Positions 8,658 to 17,941 of a stretch of 32,000 nucleotides of DNA are shown piece after piece (position 1 is the stretch's first letter; the number at the start of each line of letters is the position of its first letter). The notes below the pieces were generated by a model. The model was not told the origin of the DNA and ran no database searches. It worked only from the letters and a program-made list of their open reading frames with translations. Source of the DNA: Vibrio vulnificus CMCP6 (GTDB taxonomy: Bacteria; Pseudomonadota; Gammaproteobacteria; Enterobacterales; Vibrionaceae); contig NC_004460.2 in the NCBI RefSeq assembly GCF_000039765.1, forward strand, positions 390,001 to 422,000, given 5' to 3'. A program made the translations under genes and the position numbers.

Positions 8658-9239
8658 ATGGATTGTTGTAGGCACAAATATGAAGCAGTGGTAATCGGGG
8701 CATCCGCTGGAGGATTGGCCGCCGTTGCAACGGTATTACAGCAACTTAAGGATTCATTTTGTATCCCTATTTTGTTGGTTCAGCATATCAGTGCCTCTCC
8801 TGAGAGTTACATTGCCGCCCATTTTGATAGCAAGAGCCATTTGTCGGTCCATGAGGCAGAAGACAAGCAGCCAATCAAAAACGGCAACATGTACATCGCA
8901 CCACCCAATTACCATATGATGATAGAGACCGATGGTTGTATCGCACTGTCGGTCGATCCGCCCGTCAATTTTTCACGGCCTTCCATCGACGTGCTGTTCG
9001 AAACGGCGGCTGATTATTATAGAAACGCGTTGATCGGTATCGTATTGACAGGCGCTAATTCCGACGGTGCTTTAGGTCTCAAAAAAATCAAAACACTGGG
9101 TGGACTAACTCTAGTCCAATCCATTGATAGTGCAGAAGCGAAAGCCATGCCTGCTGCGGCCATGGCTGCCGTTGATGTCGACCACATCCTTTCTTTGGAA
9201 GAGATTGGTCATTATTTAAATACTTTATGTGATTGCTGA
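8658..9239 (+). CDS. CheB-type methylesterase catalytic domain without a receiver domain
   Basis: 193 aa containing VVIGASAGG (Ser nucleophile), ILLVQHISAS (His), APPNYHM, NFSRPSIDVLFETAA and GIVLTGANSDGALGLKKIK (Asp). No N-terminal REC domain precedes it. Confidence 0.93.
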   Translation: MDCCRHKYEAVVIGASAGGLAAVATVLQQLKDSFCIPILLVQHISASPESYIAAHFDSKSHLSVHEAEDKQPIKNGNMYIAPPNYHMMIETDGCIALSVDPPVNFSRPSIDVLFETAADYYRNALIGIVLTGANSDGALGLKKIKTLGGLTLVQSIDSAEAKAMPAAAMAAVDVDHILSLEEIGHYLNTLCDC

Positions 9240-9241
9240 AC

Positions 9242-10258
9242 ATGCCTGATAAACCAACCCTACTCATCGTTGATGACAAAATCGAAAACCTACTGACTTT
9301 AGAAGGTTTACTAGAGTGCTTTGATGTCAATTTGGTGCGTGCCACGTCAGGCGAAGAAGCGCTTGCTCATACCTTAGACCACGACTTTGCCCTGGTCTTG
9401 CTTGATGTACAAATGCCAAACATGAATGGCTTTGAAGTCGCCGAGTTGATGCGAGGGAATCGCAAGACGCGCAATATCCCAATTATCTTTGTCACAGCCG
9501 CATCCAAGGCCGATGAACACATTTTTAAAGGGTATGAGCATGGCGCTGTTGATTACTTATTAAAGCCGCTGAATACCCTGGTGTTTCAAAGTAAGGTGCG
9601 TGTTTTTCTCGAGCTTTACGAGCAGCGACATGCACTTAAGAAAAAAACCTTAGAGTTCGATCAGAAATTGGCCGAATTGGAAGAGTTGCAGCAGCAACTC
9701 GAAGAGACCAACGAACAATTATTATTGCTGTCAACCACAGACAGTTTAACAGGCCTGAACAACCGCCGTCGTTTTGAAGAGATATTCCAAGACGAATGGC
9801 ACCGCTCACAACGTTCAAGTGTCCCTATTTCGATGATCATTTTTGACATAGACCACTTTAAGAAATACAACGACACCTTTGGCCATCAACAAGGCGATGA
9901 GTGCTTACGTATGATTGCGGAAGCCATTCGTAGCATGAAGCTTCGCTGTCTCGACAAAATCGCGCGCATTGGCGGTGAAGAGTTTGCCGTAATATTGCCT
10001 GAAACGGAAATGGAAGGCGCGAAACACGTTGCTAACCGCATTCGCACCACGATAGAAGAGCTAAGTATTACCCATAGTCATCATGCAACCTTGCCATACG
10101 TAACGGCAAGTCTCGGCGTTTGCTCCATCGTGCCAGAAATCGACACCAATCCACGGTTGCTTCTGAAAAAGGCCGATGAAGCCTTGTATCGCGCCAAACG
10201 TACTGGCCGCAATCGCATTGCCGAAGCGCAGTTTGATGAGTTGTACGAACAGATCTAA
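9242..10258 (+). CDS. Response regulator with C-terminal GGDEF domain (REC-GGDEF diguanylate cyclase)
   Basis: REC: LLIVDDKIENLL...LVLLDVQMPNMNGFEV...YLLKPLN. GGDEF: DSLTGLNNRRRFEE...DIDHFKKYNDTFGHQQGDECLR...RCLDKIARIGGEEFAVILPETE. The ORF track start is a TTG at 9233; the ATG at 9242 (MPDKPTLLIVDD) is more natural. Confidence 0.94.
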   Translation: MPDKPTLLIVDDKIENLLTLEGLLECFDVNLVRATSGEEALAHTLDHDFALVLLDVQMPNMNGFEVAELMRGNRKTRNIPIIFVTAASKADEHIFKGYEHGAVDYLLKPLNTLVFQSKVRVFLELYEQRHALKKKTLEFDQKLAELEELQQQLEETNEQLLLLSTTDSLTGLNNRRRFEEIFQDEWHRSQRSSVPISMIIFDIDHFKKYNDTFGHQQGDECLRMIAEAIRSMKLRCLDKIARIGGEEFAVILPETEMEGAKHVANRIRTTIEELSITHSHHATLPYVTASLGVCSIVPEIDTNPRLLLKKADEALYRAKRTGRNRIAEAQFDELYEQI

Positions 10259-10283
10259 CTCGCGTTTTCTTTGTGTACATTGA

Positions 10284-10303
10284 GGGGCTGCGGCCCCTTT
10301 TCT
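10284..10303 (+). terminator. Probable terminator of the HK-cheR-cheB-DGC operon
   Basis: GGGGCTGCGGCCCCTTTTC hairpin with a T-tract about 25 nt after the stop. Confidence 0.65.
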
Positions 10304-10483
10304 ATGCTTTTTCTCTTCTTATTTCTTTGCCTATCCATCACCGCTCTTGTCACTCTCGCGTTTGGCCTTAACTTACTCCCTTACAACAAATTCTCACCAT
10401 TCGAGAAAAAGATAAATTTATTTCATTCCTTTTCCTATCTAATAAGAATTATATTTGTGTTATAGATTTGTACACGATAAAAA

Positions 10484-11221
10484 ATGATGAAAGACAACAA
10501 GATGAACGCCAATCAGGTTAATGAGAAAACCCTACAACTGCTGATGCAGGTTGCGGTGAACGACGAGCCCGTTTCAGCCAAGACCTTAAGTGAACAGCTT
10601 GCTGTTCCGCTCAGCAGCTTGTATCGCCATTTAAAGCTCCTAAAAGAGTGGAACCTGATTGAAGAAAGTGCCCATGAAAAAACCTTTATCGTGGGACCCG
10701 CCGCGTTACTTTTGATGCGTAGTTACCAAACGTCTCAACACAGTCTTGAATCTGTCGAGACAATTTTGGCGCGTTTGCAGCATCAAACCGGCGAGTTGGC
10801 GGCGTACATGGTGCCCGTGGGTTATCGCGCTTTGTGCGTTCGTCAAAAAGAGAGTATGCAGGCGCTACGCTGTAGCTACGTCCAGGGTCAAAGTCAACCT
10901 CTACTGCGTGGCGCCTCATCGAAAGTCATGTTGGCATTTATGCCACCTGAACGATGTGAAAGGATTTTACGCTACTTCGGCCAAGAAGCTCGTCTAAACG
11001 AGTGGCAAACCGAATTAGAGATGATTCGTAAAAACGGTTATGCCGTCAGCACATCAGAAATCGATCCCGGCGTGTCTGGCATCAGCGCCCCGGTAATGAA
11101 AGGAAGTAAATTGATCGGAGCGGTTTCCGTCATGGCTCCAGCTCATCGAGTTGAAGCGGATAAGCAGCGTATCATTTTACATGTTTTGCAGGCAGCGAGA
11201 GCGCTTCCACCAGAAAGGTAA
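10484..11221 (+). CDS. IclR-family transcriptional regulator
   Basis: N-terminal winged HTH (PVSAKTLSEQLAVPLSSLYRHLKLLKEWNLIEESAHEKTFIVGPAAL) plus an IclR-type effector domain with GASSKVMLAFMPPERCERIL...IRKNGYAVSTSEIDPGVSGISAPVMK...GAVSVMAP. Confidence 0.88.
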   Translation: MMKDNKMNANQVNEKTLQLLMQVAVNDEPVSAKTLSEQLAVPLSSLYRHLKLLKEWNLIEESAHEKTFIVGPAALLLMRSYQTSQHSLESVETILARLQHQTGELAAYMVPVGYRALCVRQKESMQALRCSYVQGQSQPLLRGASSKVMLAFMPPERCERILRYFGQEARLNEWQTELEMIRKNGYAVSTSEIDPGVSGISAPVMKGSKLIGAVSVMAPAHRVEADKQRIILHVLQAARALPPER

Positions 11222-11228
11222 TGCAGTC

Positions 11229-12065
11229 ATGTTAGGCTTTTTCAAACGCTATCAAAAGAACCATACAGTTCAACATCATCACTATCCGTACTCGTTTATC
11301 ACCGTCAGTGAGTACATCAAACCGATGACATTAGTAGAGTTTGAATCTGCCCAACAGAGCTTAGAAAACGCAAGCGAATGGCTTTATCAGAGCCATCAAA
11401 AGCGCAATATTGCGCTGTGCTCACATTTTAGTCATCACGATGTCGAAAACGGGCATTATCAAGAAACGTTGAGTCAAATGGTCTCGCGCCATGCCATCCC
11501 TGTCGTGTTGACCAATTGCCATGAAACTCTGCTCTCTGCCCTACCCGTCGTACTGGCAGGACATGAAGAGGTTGGTTTAATGAACATCAACCACAACATG
11601 GGACTGAAATCGACGCTGGATGTGAAGTTAGGTTCCGCCTACCATTTTGCGCTCACTCGCTACCCAAACAGCCGAGCGTTTTTTGTTGGCGTCAGTCAAG
11701 AATCAACTGCAAACGAGCTGTTTGAGTACGCGGAAGATCTCGGGTCCAATTGGCTTACGGAGAAAGAATTTTCTTTCCGTCATCGTTATGATGTGAAAGA
11801 ACAAATTGGGAACTTTATCGACCATTGTGACAAGCTCGTTCTCTCTATCGATTTGGCTTCTCTTGTCACCAAAGCCAATATTGATAATCACCATACACTG
11901 GATATTCAAATGGTACTGAGAACGCTGCGCCAATGTATTGTTTCTGGCAAAGTGTCACTCATTCAGTTGATTGGCTCTCGCGATGGCTTGATTTTCTCAA
12001 GAGAGTGCAAAGCGATCTTAGAAGAATTGGAGCAGCTTACTGAGTTTGCTCATCATGCAGCCTAA
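11229..12065 (+). CDS. Ureohydrolase (arginase / formiminoglutamase, HutG-like) family protein lacking most canonical metal ligands
   Basis: ATG at 11229 (MLGFFKRYQKNH) lies 8 nt after the IclR stop. Family-like backbone: VVLAGHEEVGLMNINHNMGLKSTLDVKLGSAYHFAL...AFFVGVSQESTANELFEYAEDLG...CDKLVLSIDLASLVTKANI. The ORF track start at 11151 overlaps IclR and is probably too long. Confidence 0.6.
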   Translation: MLGFFKRYQKNHTVQHHHYPYSFITVSEYIKPMTLVEFESAQQSLENASEWLYQSHQKRNIALCSHFSHHDVENGHYQETLSQMVSRHAIPVVLTNCHETLLSALPVVLAGHEEVGLMNINHNMGLKSTLDVKLGSAYHFALTRYPNSRAFFVGVSQESTANELFEYAEDLGSNWLTEKEFSFRHRYDVKEQIGNFIDHCDKLVLSIDLASLVTKANIDNHHTLDIQMVLRTLRQCIVSGKVSLIQLIGSRDGLIFSRECKAILEELEQLTEFAHHAA

Positions 12066-12092
12066 AAAAAATCACCCTCGCGGGTGATTTTC
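12064..12092. terminator. Bidirectional terminator between convergent genes
   Basis: AAAAAAAATCACCCTCGCGGGTGATTTTC, a perfect inverted repeat. Confidence 0.85.
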
Positions 12093-12108
12093 TATTTCTG
12101 TTCTCTCA

Positions 12109-13392
12109 TCAGTTACGACGAGCTTTGATTCGCTTCATCATCGCTAAGCGACGTTCCGCTGCCGCTTGATCCGTTGGCTCATTCGCGTTGTTACGACGGC
12201 CTTGACGATTCTTAAATGATGGCTTGCTGTTGAGCTTATCAATGTATGCTTCACGGCTCTTAGGCTCGTAACCCGCCAACTCGATGCGACGAATACGTTG
12301 TTGAATCAGATTTTCAACTTGAACCACCGTTAGCTCTTCTTCACGATTGACAAAAGAGACCGCATGACCTTGTTTTCCTGCACGACCAGTACGACCAATG
12401 CGGTGAACATAGTCTTCTGCCAAGAACGGCATGTCGTAGTTGACCACGTGTGGTAAATCTTCAATATCCAGACCGCGTGCCGCCACGTCGGTAGCAACCA
12501 TCACACGAACTTTTCCTTCTTTGAACTCTTCAAGCGCACGGCGACGCGCACTCTGCGCTTTATCACCATGACACACATTTGCTTTGATGCCGTCGAGCTT
12601 CAACTCTTTGACAATGTCGTTCGCCGTTTCTTTGTAGTTAACAAATACCAACACTTGTTGCCAGTTTTTACGACCGATCAACTCAGAAAGCAGTTCTGTT
12701 TTACGCTCTTGATCAACAGGATACAACACGTGCGCTACCGTATGCGCCGTGGTGTTTTCGCGCTCGACCGCAATACGTTTTGGCTTGCGAAGAATGTCTT
12801 TGGACAATTCATTCAATTGGCTTGATGTGGTTGCTGAGAACATCATGATTTGTGGGTTGGTTTCAACATCCAACATGATCTTACGCACAGCGTTGATGAA
12901 GCCCATATCGAGAATACGGTCAGCTTCATCAAAGACAAGGAATTCGATGTTCGCCACTGACACATTGCCTGACTCGATGTGCTCTTCTAGACGACCAGGT
13001 GTCGCAACGAGGATATCGACGCCATTCTCAAGCATACGCTCTTGGCTCGACATTTTTCGACCACCAAAGATCGCCGCCACAGAGAGATTCGTGTACTTGG
13101 TATAGGCCTTAATGTTATCCGCAATCTGCTCTGCCAGCTCTCGAGTTGGCGCAAAAATCAGTGCTCTCGCCGTTTTACGCGAAGCAGACTTTCCGCTTTC
13201 GAGCAATTGTTGGATCAGTGGAAGAGAAAAAGCCGCTGTTTTACCCGTTCCTGTTTGAGCGGTAGCAAAAATATCGTGCCCGCGACGTGCAACAGGAATG
13301 GCTTTTTGCTGAATTGGGGTTAGCTTTTCGTAACCGCACTCTTCGAGCGCTTTCACGACTTCCGGAGCAAAACCTTGAGATGCAAATGACAT
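12109..13392 (-). CDS. rhlE: DEAD-box ATP-dependent RNA helicase, RhlE type
   Basis: MSFASQGFAPEVVKALEECGYEKLTPIQQKAIPVARRGHDIFATAQTGTGKTAAF...VFDEADRILDMGF...FSATTS...VATDVAARGLDIEDL...YVHRIGRTGRAG. The start is placed at the ATG at 13392; the longer ORF-track N-terminus is non-homologous in appearance. Confidence 0.92.
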   Translation of the reverse strand: MSFASQGFAPEVVKALEECGYEKLTPIQQKAIPVARRGHDIFATAQTGTGKTAAFSLPLIQQLLESGKSASRKTARALIFAPTRELAEQIADNIKAYTKYTNLSVAAIFGGRKMSSQERMLENGVDILVATPGRLEEHIESGNVSVANIEFLVFDEADRILDMGFINAVRKIMLDVETNPQIMMFSATTSSQLNELSKDILRKPKRIAVERENTTAHTVAHVLYPVDQERKTELLSELIGRKNWQQVLVFVNYKETANDIVKELKLDGIKANVCHGDKAQSARRRALEEFKEGKVRVMVATDVAARGLDIEDLPHVVNYDMPFLAEDYVHRIGRTGRAGKQGHAVSFVNREEELTVVQVENLIQQRIRRIELAGYEPKSREAYIDKLNSKPSFKNRQGRRNNANEPTDQAAAERRLAMMKRIKARRN

Positions 13393-13759
13393 TGAGCGTT
13401 TCCTTAAACAGACAATAATGGTTCGCCGATACAAATGGCCGCACATTCTACATGAAAATGAGTGATATATCTCAATCTAGTGAAAATTTTTTAGGATTTT
13501 GAAAAATACGCTTCCCTGATTCTAAATGGTTCTGCGGCAAATGGGTCAAATTTGGTGCAATTCACCACCGCAGACACATTCTTCAACAATTAATCGGCCC
13601 AAAAACACAGAACAACAAACGGTATAGTATTGATTATTGGTCAGACCTCATGGTTAAATTCGGCCCATAAAAACAATACAAAACAATACAAAACACAAAA
13701 TATAAACACTATTTTTCGCTTACTGCCATTGTTTCCATTAAGTTTGTAGGAAATTTTAG

Positions 13760-16747
13760 ATGTCCAAATGGCATTTGCTCGCGTTGTCTATTTCACTGCC
13801 TTTTACCAGCAATGCGCTCGAGTATGATCTTTATAATGCAGAACACTTTAACCAACTTTGTAACCAAAGCACGTCACAGCAGGGGGATATTTTCCGTTGC
13901 AACGGCGAATTTTCACTACCAAATGGCGCGAAGCTGATTGCTTCGAAAGCGCCTAAGAATGGCGTGACACTCTCTGCGTTTAGCGGCGCAATTTTGCATG
14001 GTAACAACCAAGTCGGCTCGCCAGATAAGCGTATTTCAATCACGGCGTTATCTACCGGCATTTCCATTTTGCAACCGAGTCATGGTCCTCAACCTAAGGA
14101 GTACCATCGCAGCCAAATATTTGGTGATTTGAACTCACAGAATTTCATTCATATGACCAACGCAGAGGTGGATGGAAATGTTGCCACTCAAGGCTTGGAT
14201 GTGATGACACATGGTGATCATAACATCATCAATGGTGATGTTTTTGGCCATCACAAAGTGGTTCTGAACAACACCAATGTATGCGGCGATATTGCTTCTC
14301 TAGGGCACCAGATATTCATTACTTCGAACAAGGCGACGCATTACGTTGTAGGAAATATCACCTCCCTCAACAAGCTTGATCTCCGCAACATCGATGTCTA
14401 TGGCCAAATACACTCTCAAGGAAGCAGCGCACATTTAGATCTCTCCGGTAGTGCGGTTTACGCGCAAAAAACGGCGCTCAATTTGCTCCAAAGTGGTTTG
14501 GTGGAAAACGGCGTCGTTTGCGGCGAGATCACCGCCCATCAATCCAATATTCGTAATGTGGAAAACTACTGTGGTATAAGCGATCTCGGTTGTGATTATT
14601 CCAACCAAGGGGCTAACACAGCGTGCCCTGTGCCAGAAAGTATCCCATTGTGTGAGATCAAGCCCCCGGTTGATCACGATTACGAGTTTGTCATTAGCCC
14701 TGAAAACGACATGGCGTTGATGTGTGGAGAAAACCTTCCTCAGTTCAATATAACAACCTCCAATAATGGGGAATTAGCCAGCGTCAGCATGTTTGCTGAG
14801 GTCTCTGATCCCGCATTATTTGATGTCGTGATCGCCAATGGCATCGGTTCCGGCGCTTACCCGAACTTTGTCTCCTCCAGTCAGGGGCAGCTTCGCCTTG
14901 TCGTTCGACCTAAGAACATCAGCGCCATCAAGTTGGATAGGCATTACACCTTAAGCGTGTACCCAAATGGTGAGCCCAAAAAGCGCAAGACTGTGCGCTT
15001 CTTGTTCACGCCTTATATGTTTGAAACGTATGATCCTAATTCTGGCCAAGCCATCAACGAACTCGCTCTGGTTGCGGCAAAACCAGAGCCTTTAGGTGTT
15101 CGACTGTTGGCCTGTAATGACAAAGGGAACCCTGTTGTTGCGAGCAGCTATCACGGCAACCCGACCATCACTCACACCGTGACTACGCCGTCAAAACAAC
15201 AGGGTGGTCGTGATGGTGAACGCGTCTATCAACCTATATTTACCAGCGGCATAAGTGAAAATACGATTTCACTTTCTGAGTCTGGGCTATTTGCGTTAAA
15301 CATCTACGATACTTTTGACTGTGCTGGGTTCGACCAGTGCCCGCCATCAGGAAAGAACAAAGTATCTGGTCGTTTATCACTCAAAGTTCGCCCTTGGACC
15401 CTCGCTATTTGCGAAGGCGATCGAGCCCTTGAATCTGGCGATGCGCTAGGCGGTTCGCCTTTCCTTCCTGCAGGCGAACGTTTTTCTCTCAATCTCATGC
15501 CTATTCAATGGGTCGCCAATGGTAGCCTCACCCAGGCAGTTAACACTCAAGCGCTCTGCTCTACACCAGTAACGCACAACTTTTATCTGTCCAACGCCCC
15601 TGCTGCGCGGGTAAAACTCAGCAGTCAACAGGCAACGCCAGTCGAAACGGCGACAGCTCAAACTCGACTGCTGGAAAGCGACTCAGGAATGGAGAGAGCG
15701 CATGATGACGTTACCAATGGTGCGTATTGGTTTGATGGGTTGCGATGGCGTGAAGTTGGCAGCCTCAGAGTGCAATCCGACCTCGTTGATCCTTATCTTG
15801 GAATGAAGGTCAACCAAGGTTATCGCTACATTGGGCGTTTCTATCCCAAGTATTTTAAGGTACATAACCAACAGTGGGATTATCCAAATAGCCAAACCTT
15901 TGCTTACATGAATCAGCCATTTGATCAGGTGATCGTCGATATCGACGCGTTAAATAGCCTTAAAGAACCCATCGCCAACTACCATTATTTTTCAACCACG
16001 GCGCACTTTGAACTGGCAGAACTCGGCGATCACTTAGAGCGGTTTGTCACGCCTTCTCTTGCGCCTACTCAATGGCGCGAGGAGCAAGGCAGCAGTATCG
16101 GCCGCATTCGCATCGTGAAACAGGATCATTGCGCCAACAGCGCTTGTTGGCTTAAGGACGACATTGGCCAAAATTACCCTGATGGGCCTTTTAACACCTA
16201 CTCGGACTCTGCAGTAAGCAAAATTGGCCTCGTCTATCTTGAAAACGCGGACCCTGTGGCTTTTTACGACGACACGCATATTTTGCCCGTTCAACCCGAT
16301 GTGCGATTTGGACGGCTCAATTTTGAAGATGTGGGTGGATATCAGGGACAAACCATCGTCGTACCATTGGATGTGGAATATTGGCGAGCGGGTGAGTTTG
16401 TGAACAACAAACATGACCATTTCACTCTCGCTGATGGCGCAAAACACTACCATCAACCCATTTGGTCACACAGCCTTGAGAACAACGCCTATCTCGCTGG
16501 TATCGGCAAGATGCATTACGGAAGTACTGAAGGCATCAAAGCAACACAAAAAGTCCCTGCTCGCGAACAGATTCGCTTTTGGTTGGATTTAACTTCAACG
16601 CAAAACAATTTGCCTTGGCTGCAATACGATTGGGACAAAACAAGTGATGGAGAAGAAGATCCTTCAACCGTTGTCACTTTCGGGATTCATCGTGGTCACG
16701 ACAAAATCATCTTCCGTGGTGAGCCGAATCTGACGGGTGTTCTCTAG
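13760..16747 (+). CDS. Large secreted protein with a C-terminal MshQ-like (DUF6701-like) region
   Basis: Signal peptide MSKWHLLALSISLPFTSNALE. N-terminal repetitive parallel-beta-like stretch (TNAEVDGNVATQGLDVMTHGDHNIINGDVFGHHKVVLNNTNVCGDIAS). C-terminus PVQPDVRFGRLNFEDVGGYQGQTIVVPLDVEYWRAGEFVNN...WLQYDWDKTSDGEEDPSTVVTFGIHRGHDKIIFRGE resembles the C-terminal domain of MshQ. Confidence 0.72.
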   Translation: MSKWHLLALSISLPFTSNALEYDLYNAEHFNQLCNQSTSQQGDIFRCNGEFSLPNGAKLIASKAPKNGVTLSAFSGAILHGNNQVGSPDKRISITALSTGISILQPSHGPQPKEYHRSQIFGDLNSQNFIHMTNAEVDGNVATQGLDVMTHGDHNIINGDVFGHHKVVLNNTNVCGDIASLGHQIFITSNKATHYVVGNITSLNKLDLRNIDVYGQIHSQGSSAHLDLSGSAVYAQKTALNLLQSGLVENGVVCGEITAHQSNIRNVENYCGISDLGCDYSNQGANTACPVPESIPLCEIKPPVDHDYEFVISPENDMALMCGENLPQFNITTSNNGELASVSMFAEVSDPALFDVVIANGIGSGAYPNFVSSSQGQLRLVVRPKNISAIKLDRHYTLSVYPNGEPKKRKTVRFLFTPYMFETYDPNSGQAINELALVAAKPEPLGVRLLACNDKGNPVVASSYHGNPTITHTVTTPSKQQGGRDGERVYQPIFTSGISENTISLSESGLFALNIYDTFDCAGFDQCPPSGKNKVSGRLSLKVRPWTLAICEGDRALESGDALGGSPFLPAGERFSLNLMPIQWVANGSLTQAVNTQALCSTPVTHNFYLSNAPAARVKLSSQQATPVETATAQTRLLESDSGMERAHDDVTNGAYWFDGLRWREVGSLRVQSDLVDPYLGMKVNQGYRYIGRFYPKYFKVHNQQWDYPNSQTFAYMNQPFDQVIVDIDALNSLKEPIANYHYFSTTAHFELAELGDHLERFVTPSLAPTQWREEQGSSIGRIRIVKQDHCANSACWLKDDIGQNYPDGPFNTYSDSAVSKIGLVYLENADPVAFYDDTHILPVQPDVRFGRLNFEDVGGYQGQTIVVPLDVEYWRAGEFVNNKHDHFTLADGAKHYHQPIWSHSLENNAYLAGIGKMHYGSTEGIKATQKVPAREQIRFWLDLTSTQNNLPWLQYDWDKTSDGEEDPSTVVTFGIHRGHDKIIFRGEPNLTGVL

Positions 16748-16754
16748 CCATAAT

Positions 16755-16784
16755 AAAAGCCAGTGATGAAAATCACTGGCTTTT
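16755..16784. terminator. Bidirectional terminator between the MshQ-like gene and yeiR
   Basis: AAAAGCCAGTGATGAAAATCACTGGCTTTT, a perfect 13-bp inverted repeat. Confidence 0.88.
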
Positions 16785-16803
16785 CACGCAATTCATTGAC
16801 TTT

Positions 16804-17790
16804 TTATTCGTGAATATTCGCCAATTTCAGCAGGATCGTTTCAAGTTCATCCCATGGCATTAGCTGTGAATCGATAACTTCGATTCTGGATTCGAATCCT
16901 TCCAAGCTCATTTGATTCACCGACACAACGCCATTGGCGACGTTAAAGGCGTAACAGCCTTGATCTGTGTTCACTACCGCTTTCACTCGCTCTGCAGTTA
17001 ATGCTGAGAACATTGAAAAAAGCGCCTCAAACTCAAAGCGATATTCAGCACCAATTAGCCAACCACAACTGTAATACCCTTGGCCTTTATTCTCTTTGCG
17101 CACAAACGCACGACCAGGTGGCAATTCAAACTGTGGCTCCATCTCCGCATGATGGTGGTGATGCGGTTCAATATGTGTTGAAGCACTGCCGTAAACACGT
17201 TCAATATCCAGAACTTCTATCGGCAACTGACCATCGTGAATCAACTTACTAAAGACTTTGGAAGGCGATTGGTCGGTCACCCAATCATTGAAAACGTCAA
17301 TGTCATGCGAAGTACAAAGGTCCACTTTACTGCCAATCACCACATCCGCACTGTCGAGTTGGTCGTTAAAGTTCTGGTTGTTCAGGTACTTTTCATCGCT
17401 GAGGTTGCGTGGGTCCACCAGCGCAATGGTCGCTTTGAGATCGACATACGGTTCATATTGCGCAGACGTCAATGTGGCAATCACTTGTTTCGGGTGACCA
17501 AGCCCTGTTGGTTCGATAAGCAGACGATCGGGCTTTTGACGCAGCAATGTGTTGATACCAACACTCATCGGCACGCCTGCAGTGCAGCACATACAGCCAC
17601 CCGGTACTTCTTTGATCAGCGCGCCGCTGTCGGTCATCATTGCACCGTCAATGCCAATCTCGCCAAACTCATTCACCAAAACCGCCCACTTTTCATTGGC
17701 TGGCTTTTCTTTCAGTAAATTGAGAATGGTGGTGGTTTTTCCTACACCGAGAAAACCCGTAATGATATTCGCCGGAACCTTGTTGTTCAT
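16804..17790 (-). CDS. yeiR: COG0523/CobW-family GTPase (YeiR-like putative zinc metallochaperone)
   Basis: NIITGFLGVGKTTTILNLL (Walker A), VLVNEFGEIGIDGAM, GGCMCC (CxCC), LLIEPTGLGHPKQV, SKVD, and a His-rich linker HIEPHHHHHAEMEPQ. Confidence 0.88.
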   Translation of the reverse strand: MNNKVPANIITGFLGVGKTTTILNLLKEKPANEKWAVLVNEFGEIGIDGAMMTDSGALIKEVPGGCMCCTAGVPMSVGINTLLRQKPDRLLIEPTGLGHPKQVIATLTSAQYEPYVDLKATIALVDPRNLSDEKYLNNQNFNDQLDSADVVIGSKVDLCTSHDIDVFNDWVTDQSPSKVFSKLIHDGQLPIEVLDIERVYGSASTHIEPHHHHHAEMEPQFELPPGRAFVRKENKGQGYYSCGWLIGAEYRFEFEALFSMFSALTAERVKAVVNTDQGCYAFNVANGVVSVNQMSLEGFESRIEVIDSQLMPWDELETILLKLANIHE

Positions 17791-17941
17791 CGTTATCTCC
17801 GCTCTGCGATGGCTACTTGCTGTCTGTATTGTACTTTGCCATGACTAAAGCTCAACTGGCATTGCGATTTCTCTTCGTCTCTTTCTAAAATCATTTTACA
17901 ATCCGCGTCCCAACGATTAAGCAACACACCGGAGAGCCCAT

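Noticed and set aside
11151-11228. N-terminal extension of the ureohydrolase-like ORF overlapping iclR
   Set aside because: Overlaps the coding end of the IclR gene by about 70 bp. An ATG at 11229 gives a clean operon junction.
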